Source: Pristiophorus japonicus (lineage: Eukaryota). From it: a stretch of 64,000 nt of DNA. The notes beneath the pieces are model-generated. The model saw only the letters and a program-made list of their open reading frames with translations. It searched no databases and was not told the DNA's origin. Made by a program: the position numbers and the translations under genes. Positions 24,030 through 35,189 of this stretch are shown piece by piece (the first letter of the stretch is position 1; the number at the start of each line of letters is the position of its first letter). The stretch lies in NCBI RefSeq assembly GCF_044704955.1, contig NC_091985.1, positions 106,640,001-106,704,000 of the forward strand, written 5' to 3'.

Positions 24030-26985
24030 TCTACAGGGCTGCAGGAGGGGTCAAAACTAAAAATCATGGTTTAAAAATTAGTATTAAAACACTTTACCTA
24101 AACGCACGCAGCATTCGAAACAAAGTAAATGAGTTGACGGCACAAATCATTACAAATGGATATGATTTGGTGGCCATTACTGAAACGTGGTTGCAGGGTG
24201 GCCAAGACTGGGAATCAAACATACAGGGGTATCTGACAATTCGGAAAGATAGACAAAAAGGGAAAGGAGGTGGGGTAGCTCTGTTAATAAAGGATGATAT
24301 CAGGGCAGTTGTGAGAGATGATATTGGCTCTAATGAACAAAATGTTGAATCATTGTGGGTGGAGATTAGAGATAGTAAGGGGAAAAAGTCACTTGTGGGC
24401 GTAGTTTATAGGCCCCCAAATAATAACTTCACAGTGGGGCGGACAATAATCAAGGGAATAATGGAGGCATGTGATAAAGGAACGCCAGTAATCATGAGGG
24501 ATTTTAACCTATATATCGATTGTTCAAATCAAATTGCACAGGGTAGCCTTGAGGAGGAATTCATAGAATGTATACTGGATTGTTTCTTAGAACAGTATGT
24601 TACAGAACCTACAAGGGAGCAAGCTATCTTAGATCTGGTCCTGTGTAATGAGACAGGAATAATAAATGATCTAGTAAAAGATCCTCTCAGAATGAGTGAT
24701 CACAGTATGGTTGAATTTGTAATACAGATTGAGGGTGAGGAAGTAGTGTCTCAAACGAGCGTACTATGCTTAAACAAAGGGGACTACAGTGGGATGAGGG
24801 CAGAGTTGGCTAAAGTAGACTGGGAACACAGACTAAACGGTGGCACAATTGATGAACAGTGGAGGACTTTTAAGGAGCTCTTTCATAGTGCGCAACAAAA
24901 ATATATTCCAGTGAAAAAGAAGGGCGGAAAGAGAAGGGCTAACCAACCGTGGATAACCAAGGAAATAAAGAAGAGTATCAAATTAAAAACCAATGCATAT
25001 AAGGTGGCCAAGGTTAGTGGAAAACTAGAAGATTGGGAAAATTTTAAACGACAGCAAAGAATGACTTAAGAAAGCAATAAAGAAAGGAAAGATAGATTAC
25101 GAAAGTAAACTTGCGCAAAACATAAAAACAGATAGTAAAACCTTTTACCGATATATAAAACGGAAAAGAGTGACTAAAGTAAATGTTGGTCCCTTAGCAG
25201 ATGAGAAGGGGTATTTAATAATGGGAAATGTGGAAATGGCTGAGACCTTAAACAATTAATTTGCTTCAGTCTTCACAGTGGAAGTCACAAAAACCATGCC
25301 AAAAATTGCTGGTCACAGGAATGTGGGAAGGGAGGACCTTGAGACAATCACTATCACAAGGGGGGTAGTGCTGGACAGGCTAATGGGACTCAAGGTAGAC
25401 AAGTCCCCTGGTCCTGATGAAATGCATCCCAGGGTATTAAAAGAGATGGCGGAAGTTATAGCAGATGCATTCATTATAATCTACCAAAATTCTCTGGACT
25501 CTGGGGAGGTACCAGCGGATTGGAAAGCAGCTAATGTAACGCCTCTGTTTAACAAAGGGGGCAGACAAAAGACAGGTAACTATAGGCCGGTTAGTTTAAC
25601 ATCTGTAGTGGGGAAAATGCTTGAAGCTATCATTAAGGAAGAAATAGCGAGACATCTAGATAGGAATAGTGCAATCAAGCAGACGCAGCATGGATTCATG
25701 AAGGGGCAATCATGTGTAACTAATTTACTGAAATTCTTTGAGGATATAACAAGCATGGTGGATAGAGGTGTACCGATGGATATGGTGTATTTAGATATCC
25801 AAAAGGCATTCGATAAGGTGCCACACAAAAGGTTACTGCAGAAGATAAAGGTACGCGGAGTCAGAGGAAATGTATTGGCATGGATCGAGAATTGGCTGGC
25901 TTAACAGAAAGCAGAGAGTCGGGATAAATGGGTCCTTTTCGGGTTGGAAATCGGTGGTTAGTGGTGTGCTACAGGGATCGGTGCTGGGACCACAACTGTT
26001 TACAATATACATAGATGACCTGGAAGAGGGGACAGAATGTAGTATAACAAAATTTGCAGATGGCACAAAGATTAGTGGGAAAGTAGAGTACACAGAGACT
26101 GCAAAGAGATTTAGATAGGTTAAGCGAATGGGCTAAGGTTTGGCAGATGGAATACAATGTCGGAAAATGTGAGGTCATCCATCTTGGGGGGGGGGGGGGG
26201 GAGGGGAAACAGTAAAAGGGAATATTATTTGAATGGGGAGAAATTACAACATGCTGCGGTGCAGAGGGACGTTGGGGGTCCTTGAATCCCGAAAAGTTAG
26301 TTTGCAGGTGCAGCAGGTAATCAGGAAGGCGAATGGAATGTTGGCCTTCGTTGCGAGAGGGATGGAGTACAAAAGCAGGGAGGTCCTGCTGCAACTGTAT
26401 AGGGTATTGGTGAGGCCGCACCTGGAGTACTGCGTGCAGTTTTGGTCACCTTACTTAAGGAAGGATATACTAGCTTTGGAGGGGGTACAGAGACAATTCA
26501 CTAGGCTGATTCCGGAGATGAGGGGGTTACCTTATGATGATAGATTGAGTAGACTGGGTCTTTACTCGTTGGAGTTCAGAAGGATGAGGGGTGATCTTAT
26601 AGAAACATTTAAAATAGTGAAAGGGATAGAGAAGATAGAGGCAGAGAGGTTGTTTCCATTCGTCGGGGAGACTAGAACTAGGGGGCACAGCCTCAAAATA
26701 CGGGGGAGCCAATTTAAAACCGAGTTGAGAAAGAATTTCTTCTCCCAGAGGGTTGTGAATCTGTGGAATTCTCTGCCCAAGGAAGCAGTTGAGGCTAGCT
26801 CATTGAATGTATTCAAATCACAGATAGATAGATTTTTAACCAATAAGAGAATTAAGGGTTATGGGGAGCGGGCGGGTAAGTGGAGCTGAGTCCACGGCCA
26901 GATCAGCCATGATCTTGATGAATGGCGGAGCAGGCTCGAGGGGCTAGATGGCCTACTCCTGTTCCTAATTCTTATGTTCTTATAT
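24030..26985 (+). mobile_element. Relatively young CR1 LINE, full ORF2 span with few disablements
   Basis: EN ORF 24134-25069, RT ORF 25278-25904, C-terminal ORF 26233-26889, tail TTCTTATGTTCTTA. Confidence 0.93.
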
Positions 26986-27880
26986 AGCACAGAAACGGGC
27001 CATTCAGCCCAACTGATCTATGCTGGTGTTTATGCTCCACACGAGCGTCCTCTCACCTCTTTTCATCTAACCCTATCGGCATATATTTCTATTCCTTTCT
27101 CCCTCAATTGCTTGTGTAGCTTCCCCTTAAATGCACCTGTTATTTGCCTCAAATACACCTTGTAGTAGTGAGTTCCACATTCTTGGCACTCTTTGGGTAA
27201 AGAAGTTTCTCATGAATTCCCTATTGGATTTATTAAGTAAGTCTTATATTTATGACCTGTAGTTTTAGACACCCCCACAGGTGGAAATGTTTTCTCTACG
27301 TCTACCTTATCAAACCCTTTTATGATCTTAACGACCTCTATCAGGTCATCCATCAGCCTTCTCTTTTCTAGAGAAAAGAGCCTCAGCCTTTCCTCTTAAG
27401 TATATCCTCTCAATTCTGGTATCATCCTTGTGACTCTTTATTGCACCACCTTCAGTGCTTCTATGTCCTTTTTATAATGAGACCAGAATTGTGCACTGTA
27501 CTCAGATGTGGTCCAATGAAGGTTCTATGTAAGTTTAATACAGGGTATAACTTCTCTGCTTTTCCATTTGATCCCTGTAGACTTGGGACTTGGGTTGCTT
27601 TTTAAAAAATGGCCTTATTAATCTGTGTCACTACTTTTAGTGATTTGTGAATGTGTACCCTTTGCTCCTGTGTACCCCTTTGCTCCTTTATCGCATTTAG
27701 ACTTATTATCTAAGCAAGTAATTTTTCCTACAAAAATGCACCATCTCACATTTTTCTATATTGAAATTAATTTGCCAAATACATGCCCATTCTTCAAGTT
27801 TATTAATATCATCATGTTTTTTGGCGCATTCTTTATTTGTGTTTACTACACACCCCTAATTTGGTGTCATCCACAAATTT
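26986..27880 (-). mobile_element. Old CR1 3' fragment
   Basis: GGCCATTCAGCCC 3' UTR motif and degenerate C-terminal ORF2 sequence on minus. Confidence 0.7.
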
Positions 27881-27896
27881 TGAAATTTGTACTTCC

Positions 27897-30707
27897 GTGG
27901 TGCAAATAGGTACCAACGATATAGGTAAAAAGCGGGATGAGGTCCTAGAAGCTGAATTTAGGGAGCTAGGAGTTAAATTAAAAACTAGGACCTCAAAGGT
28001 AGTAATCTCAGGATTGCTACCAGTGCGACGTGCTAGTCAGAGTAGGAATTGCAGGATAGCTCAGATGAATAAGTGGCTTGAGGGAGGGATTCAAATTCCT
28101 GGGACATTAGAACTGGTTCTGGGGGAGGTGGGACCAGTACAGTCTGCACCTGGGCAGGACCGGAACCAATGTCCTCGGGGGAGTGTTTGCTAATGCTGTT
28201 GGGAAGGGGTTAAACTAATATGGCAGGGGGATGGGAATCTATACATGGAGACAGAGGGAAATAAAATGGGAGCAGAAGCAAAAGATAGAAAGGAGAATAG
28301 TAAAAGTGGAGGGCAGAGATCAAAAAGGGCCACATTACAGCAAAATTCTAAAGGGACAATGAGTGTTAAAAAGACAAGCCTGAAGGCTCTGCGCCTCAAT
28401 GCGAGGAGTATTCGTCATAAAGTGGATTAATTAACTGTGCAGGCAGCTAATAACGATTATGAAATAATTGGTATTACGGAGACATGGCTCCAGGCTGACC
28501 AAGGCTGAGAACGAAACATACAGGGGTCTTCAACATTCAGGAAGGATTGACAGAAAGGAAAAGGAGGTGGGGTAGCGTTGCTGGTTAAAGAGGAAATTAA
28601 TGCAATAGTAAGAAAGGACATTAGCTTGGATGATGTGGAATCTGTATGGATAGAGCTGCGCAATACCAAAGGGCAGAAAACGCTAGTGGGAGTTGTGTAC
28701 AGACCACGAAACAGTCGTAGTGAGGTTGGGGATGGCATCAAACAAGAAATTAGGGATGCGTGCAATAAAGGTACAGCAGTTATCATGGGCGACTTTAATC
28801 TACATATGGATTGGGCTAACCAAGTTGGTAGCAATGCAGTGGAGGAGGATTTCCTGGAGTGTATTAGGGATGGCTTTCTAGACCAGTATGTTGAGGAACC
28901 AACTAGAGAGCTGGCCATCCTCGAGTGGGTGTTGTGTAATGAGGGGAGACTAATTAACAATCTTGTTGTGTGAGGCCCCCTGGGGAAGAGTGACCATAAT
29001 ATGGTAGAATTCTTTATTAAGATGGAGAGTGACAGTGTTAATTCAGAGACTAGGGTCCTGAACTTAAGGAAAGGTAACTTTGATGGTATGAGACGTGAAT
29101 TGGCTAGGATAGATTGGCAAATGATACTTAAAGGGTTGACAGTGGATAGGCAATGGCAGACATTTATAGATTACATGGATGAACTTCAACAATTGTACAT
29201 CCCTGTCTGGAGTGAAAATAAAAAGAGGAAGGTGGCTCAACCATGGCTAACAAGGGAAATTAGGGATAGTGCTAAATCCAAGGAAGAGGCATATAAATTG
29301 GCGAGGAAAAAGCAGCAAACCTGAGGACTGGGAGAATTTAGAGGAGGAAAAAGGGTCTAATTAGGAGGGGGAAAATAAAGTATGAAAGGAAGCTTGCAGG
29401 GAACATAAAAACTGACTGCAAAATCTTCTACAGATATGTGAAGAGAAAAAGATTCGTGAAGACCAACGTAGGTCCTTTGCAGACAGAATCAGATGAATTT
29501 ATAATGGTGAACAAAGAAATGGCAGACCAACTGAACAAATACTTTGGATCTGTCTTCACTAAGGAAGACACAAATAACCTTCCGAAAATACAAGGGGTTC
29601 GAGGGTCTAGCGAAAAGAAGGAACTGAAGGAAATCCTTATTAGTCAGGAAATTGTGTTAGGGAAATTGATGGGATTGAAGGCCAATAAATCCCCAGGGCC
29701 TGATAGGCTGCATCCCAGAGTACTTAAGGAAGTGGCCCTAGAAATAGTGGATGCATTGGTGATCATTTTGCAACATTCTATTGACTCTGGATCAGTTCCT
29801 ATAGACTGGAGGGTAGCTAATGTAACCCAATTTTTTAAAAAAGGAGGGAGAGAGAAAACGAGGAATTATAGACCGGTTAGCCTGACATTAGTGATGGGGA
29901 AAATGTTGGAATCAATTATTAAAAATGAAATAGCAGCGCATTTGGAAAGCGGTGACAGGATCGGTCCAAGTCAGCATGGATTTATGAAAGGGAAATCATG
30001 CTTGACAAATCTTCTAGAATTTTTTGAGGAACTAACTAGTAGAGTGGACAAGAGAGAACCAGTGGATGTGGTGTATTTGGACATTCAAAAGGCTTTTGAC
30101 AATGTCCCACACAAGAGATTAGTGTGCAAAATTGAAGCACATAGTATTGGGGGTAATGTATTGATGTGGATCGAGAACTGGTTGGCAGGCAGGAAGCAGA
30201 GAGTCGGGATAAACGGGTCCTTTTCATAATGGCAGGCAGTGACCATTGGGGTGCTGCAGGGTTCAGTGCTGGGACCCCAGTTATTTCCAATATACATCAA
30301 TGATTTAGATGAAGGAATTGAATGTAATATCTCCAAGTTTGCAGATGACACTGGATGGTGGTGTGAGCTGTGAGGAGGATGCTAAGAGACTGCAGGATGA
30401 CTTGGACAGGTTAGGTGAGTGGGCAAATGCATGGCAGATGCAGTATAATCTGGGTAAATGTGAGGTTATCCACTTTGGTGGCGAAAACAGAATATTATCT
30501 GAATGGTGACAGATTAGGAAAAGGGGAGGTGCAATGAGACCTGGGTGATACGGTATATCAGTCATTGCAATTTGGCATGCAGGTACAGCAGGCGGTGAAG
30601 AAGGCAAATGGCATGTTAGCCTTCATAGCTAGAGGATTTGAGTATAGGAGCAAGGGAGGTCTTACTGCAGTTGTACAGAGCGTTGGTGAGGCCACACCTG
30701 GAATATT
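27897..30707 (+). mobile_element. CR1 LINE with the end of ORF1 (SGNH esterase) and most of ORF2
   Basis: VQIGTNDIGK...VVISGLLPV (esterase-type ORF1), GVVYRP, GDFN, NYRPVSLT, GKSCLTNLLEFFE, FADD. Cut at PHLEY by a Harbinger-type terminus. Confidence 0.9.
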
Positions 30708-31334
30708 GGGCCCAAGTTTCGAGCCGCGCCTAGAACGGCGCAGTCCCGATCTGGACGCCCGTTTTCCGCGCCACAAAGTGCGCCTAAAAAAACCCTCCGT
30801 ATTCTCCACCTCCCTGCAGGTCCTCTGGCCCTCGGCGCAGCGCAGCAGGAGCTGTAGGGGGCAGAGCCAGGTCCCTGCGCTGAAAACAGTGCCGGGATCT
30901 CTGCACATGCGCGCTGCAGTGGGCGCGCAAGTGCAATAGCTCCAGGCGCCCGAAACTGTGTGGGAGGGGCCCGAAGCACTCAGCCCCAAGCCCTGGCCGA
31001 ATGGCCTCACTGGGGCTGCGAGAATAAGGCTCCTCCCACGGCCAGCTCCTGCTTCCTCCCGACCCGACGCGACTCCCGCTTCCCGCCCCCAGACCGGACC
31101 CGACAACCGCTCTTTCCCATCCCCTGCCCCCGGAACGGACCCGACACCCGCTCCCGCCCCCGGACCGGACTCGACACCCGCTCTTCCTCCCCCCCCCCCT
31201 GGCCTCCGGACTGGATCCGACCTGACCTCCCTCCCACCACCCCCCCAGACCCGACCCAACGCCACCTACCTGTAAATCTGGTGCTGGGGACGGGCCCTGC
31301 CCAAAGTCTCGGGCCCGGCCCGTTCAGCACCCCC

Positions 31335-32850
31335 TCTTCCCCCCCCCCCCCAATCTCCTTCCCCCCCCAATCTCCTTCCCCCCCCAATCTCCTTCCCCCC
31401 CCCAATCTCCTTCCCCCCCCCCCCAATCTCCTTCCCCCCCCCCCAATCTCCTTCCCCCCCCCCAATCTCCTTCCCCCCCCCAATCTCCTTCCCCCCCCCA
31501 ATCTCCTTCCCCCCCCCCAATCTCCTTCCCCCCCCCAATCTCCTTCCCCCCCCCAATCTCCTTCCCCCCCCCAATCTCCTTCCCCCCCCCAATCTCCTTC
31601 CCCCCCCCCAATCTCCTTCCCCCCCCAATCTCCTTCCCCCCCCCAATCTCCTTCCCCCCCCCAATCTCCTTCCCCCCCCCAATCTCCCTTTCCTCCTTCC
31701 CCCCCATCTCCTTTCCCCCATCTCCTTTCCCCCATCTCCTTTCCCCCATCTCCTTTCCCCCATCTCCTTTCCCCCATCTCCTTTCCCCCATCTCCTTTCC
31801 CCCCTCCCCCTTTCCCCCCTCCCCCTTTCCCCCCTCCCCCTTTCCCCCCTCCCCCTTTCCCCCCTCCCCCTTTCCCCCCTCCCCCTTTCCCCCCTCCCCC
31901 TTTCCCCCCTCCCCCTTTCCCCCCTCCCCCTTTCCCCCCTCCCCCTCCCCCCTCCCCCTCCCCCCTCCCCCTTTCCCCCTCCCCCTCCCCCTTTCCCCCT
32001 CCCCCTTTCCCCCTCCCCCTTTCCCCCTCCCCCCTCCCCCTTTCCCCCTCCCCCTTTCCCCCTCCCCCTTTCCCCCTCCCCCTTTCCCCCTCCCCCTTTC
32101 CCCCTCCCCCTTTCCCCCTCCCCCTTTCCCCCTCCCCCTTTCCCCCTCCCCCTTTCCCCCTCCCCCTTTCCCCCTCCCCCCTCCCCCTTTCCCCCCTCCC
32201 CCTTTCCCCCCTCCCCCTTTCCCCCTCCCCCTTTCCCCCTCCCCCTTTCCCCCTCCCCCTTTCCCCCTCCCCCTTTCCCCCTCCCCCTTTCCCCCTCCCC
32301 CTTTCCCCCTCCCCCTTTCCCCCTCCCCCTTTCCCCCTCCCCCTTTCCCCCTCCCCCTTTCCCCCTCCCCCTTTCCCCCTCCCCCTTTCCCCCTCCCCCT
32401 TTCCCCCTCCCCCTTTCCCCCTCCCCCTTTCCCCCTCCCCCTTTCCCCCTCCCCCTTTCCCCCCTCCCCCTTTCCCCCCTCCCCCTTTCCCCCCTCCCCC
32501 TTTCCCCCCTCCCCCTTTCCCCCCTCCCCCTTTCCCCCCTCCCCCTTTCCCTCCTCCCCCNNNNNNNNNNNNNNNNNNNNNNNNNNNNNNNNNNNNNNNN
32601 NNNNNNNNNNNNNNNNNNNNNNNNNNNNNNNNNNNNNNNNNNNNNNNNNNNNNNNNNNNNNNNNNNNNNNNNNNNNNNNNNNNNNNNNNNNNNNNNNNNN
32701 NNNNNNNNNNNNNNNNNNNNNNNNNNNNNNNNNNNNNNNNNNNNNNNNNNNNNNNNNNNNNNNNNNNNNNNNNNNNNNNNNNNNNNNNNNNNNNNNNNNC
32801 CTCTCCCCCCCCTCCCCCTCTCCCCCCCCTCCCCCTCTCCCCCCCCCTCT
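31335..32850. repeat. Compound C-rich minisatellite
   Basis: (C6-10 AATCTCCTT)n grades into (CCCCCATCTCCTTT)n and then (CCCCCTCCCCCTTT)n. Confidence 0.95.
32561..32799. other. Assembly gap (N run)
   Basis: 239 consecutive n characters. Confidence 0.99.
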
Positions 32851-33455
32851 GTCAGAAACACAGACACTGACAGACCGAGAATGAGAGACACACAGACAGA
32901 GAGATAGAGACACTGTCAGGGACACACTGAGGGGGGCATCCCAGCATGCTGTTGGAGGGCTCCCGGTGCTGCAGTCGGTAAGTAGAAAATGTTTTATTTA
33001 TTGATTTAAAAAAAAAATTATTTCTTATTTTTTTTTGATTTGATTTCTTGATGTATTTATCATCTATTTTTGATGATGGCTCTTTATTTGTAAAACTGAA
33101 GTGTTTAATGTTTGTAAACTTCCCTTGAAACACCCCCCCCCCCACCATTCCCTGATTTGTAACCTACGCGTGATTTTCTAAAGTGTAGACCAAGGTTTTT
33201 TCGAGCGTACAAAAATCTTCACTTACTCCATTCTAAGTTAGTTTGGAGTAAGTTTTCACTCACGAAACTTTGAAATCAGGCGTAAGTGGCCGGACACGCC
33301 CCCTTTTGATAAAAAAGTTCTGTTCCAAAGTGAAACTTTTCTAACTGACTCGAACTGGAGCAAATTAAATGACGAGAATTCCGATTTCTAAGATACTCCG
33401 TTCTACACCAGCTGCTCCTAAAAATCAGGAGCAAATCATGTGGAAACTTGGGGCC

Positions 33456-34890
33456 AAGGCTACTATGTATTGACTATGACCTTATCAAAGGCCTTTTGAA
33501 AATCCACATGTATTACAGCTACTGCATTATCCTTGTCTACTCTTTCTGTTACTTCTCGAAAGAATTCAATAAGATTGGTCAAGCGTGACCTTCCCTTTTG
33601 AAGACTGTGCTGACTATCCTCTTATATTTTCTGTTTCTAGATGTTTTTGATTTCCATCTTTGTGTAAAGATTCCATATCTCTTCTACCACCGATGTTAAG
33701 CTGCAGCTCTATAGTTCCATAAACTTCCTTCTGTTTCCCTTTTTAACAACAGGAATCGCATTTGCTGTCTGCTGGCACTATTCCCTTTTCTAATTAATTT
33801 CTATATATAAAGTGTGTGCATGTATATATACACATGTGCCTCTCAATTCCCGAACTACTTTTAATATCTGTGGATGCATTCCATCTGGACCAGGTCTTGT
33901 ATTCTACCAAATACTTTTTGAACTTCCCACTGTTCATCTGTAGTTTTATCTGTTAATACAAGTTTTGCCCAGTCTACAGTGGTCAGTTCCAACAACAACA
34001 ACTTGTATTTATATAGCGACTTTAATGTAGTGAAACGTCTCAAGGCGCTTCACAGAAGTATTGAGACAAAAAATTTAACACCGAGCCACATAAGGAAAAA
34101 TTAGGGCAGATGAGAGGTAGGTTTTAAGGTAGAGAGGCAGAGGTTTAGGCAGGGAATTCCAGAGCTTAGAGCCGAGGCAACAGAAGGCATGGCCACCAAT
34201 GGTCGAGTGATTATAATCAGTGATGTTCAATAGGGCAGAATTAGAGGAGTGCAGATATCTCGGGGGCGGGGGTGTTGTGGGGCTGAAGGAGATAAGAGAT
34301 AGGGAGGGCAAGGCCATGGAGGGATTTGAAAACGGATGAGAATTTTGAAATCGAAGTGTTGTTTAACCTGCCTCAACCCTCCAAAACCATCCTAATTTAA
34401 ATTTAAAACATTGGTTTGTGACTCGCCTTTCTCCATCTCAAACCTAATATCAAATTCTGTCGCATTATTCCCTTACTGCTAGATTATTGATTCATTCTGG
34501 CTCTTTACATATCACTAAATCTAATATGGCCTGTTTGCTTGTTGGTTCAAGAACATATTGTTCCAGAAAACTGTCCTGAATACACAAGAAATTAGTTGCC
34601 TTTTGAAACTCAAATTTTTCTTCTCTCTCTCTCCCCCCACCCCCCAAGTCTATATGAAAATTGAAGTCTCCCATTGTAACTACTCTTTTTGCACAAGCTT
34701 CTCTGATCTTTGCATTTATGTATCCCGTTACTTTATCACTTCTATTTGGTGGTCTATAAACAATACCCACCAACGTCTTGCATCCTTTTCTATTCCTCAA
34801 TTCTACCCATAGTTTTTACTGCCTGCTCGCCCTTACGGATATCCTCTCTAACTAATGCTGTAATAGTGTCCCATGTCAATATTGCTACCA
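33456..34890 (-). mobile_element. Old CR1 fragment interrupted by an L2-like 3' end (~33990-34370)
   Basis: VGIVYRPPN...MGDFNFHID...LEQYVLEPT on minus. The nested piece starts CAACAACAACTTGTATTTATATAGCG, the reverse complement of an L2/SINE-type tail. Confidence 0.75.
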
Positions 34891-35189
34891 CCAATGTTCC
34901 CTCGTGGCCGCCCAGTAACGGGAGCTCCTGCACCGGCCGCTCACTGGCTTCTCCATTGTAAATACCGTGCATGCATGGAAATTTAAAGGGACCGCAAACT
35001 AAAAGTAATGGGTCGCTCAGAACAAAGCCATTTCCAATTTCCCTGTTCTTTCTAAGGAAGTCACAGGTTTAGTCTGTTTCGTGGCATTCAGAGATAGCAC
35101 CTTATAGTGTCAGCAAGTTGCTTTTTTTACTCATTCTAAATTGATTTGATTATAATCATTGTGATTATTCAATTTATCTATTTAATTAA

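Larger units (their letters stand above)
30708..33455 (+). mobile_element. Non-autonomous Harbinger-related element(s) spanning a C-rich satellite and an assembly gap
   Basis: Left terminus GGGCCCAAGTTTC, right terminus TGTGGAAACTTGGGGCC. The last ~300 bp is closely similar to 51650-51955. Confidence 0.72.

Noticed and set aside
27652-27687. 18-bp tandem duplication TGTGTACCCCTTTGCTCC
   Set aside because: Ordinary slippage in an old LINE fragment.
30960-32925. Long Pro-rich or Gly-rich ORFs (533-636 aa)
   Set aside because: Stop-free translations of a C-rich satellite and an N gap.
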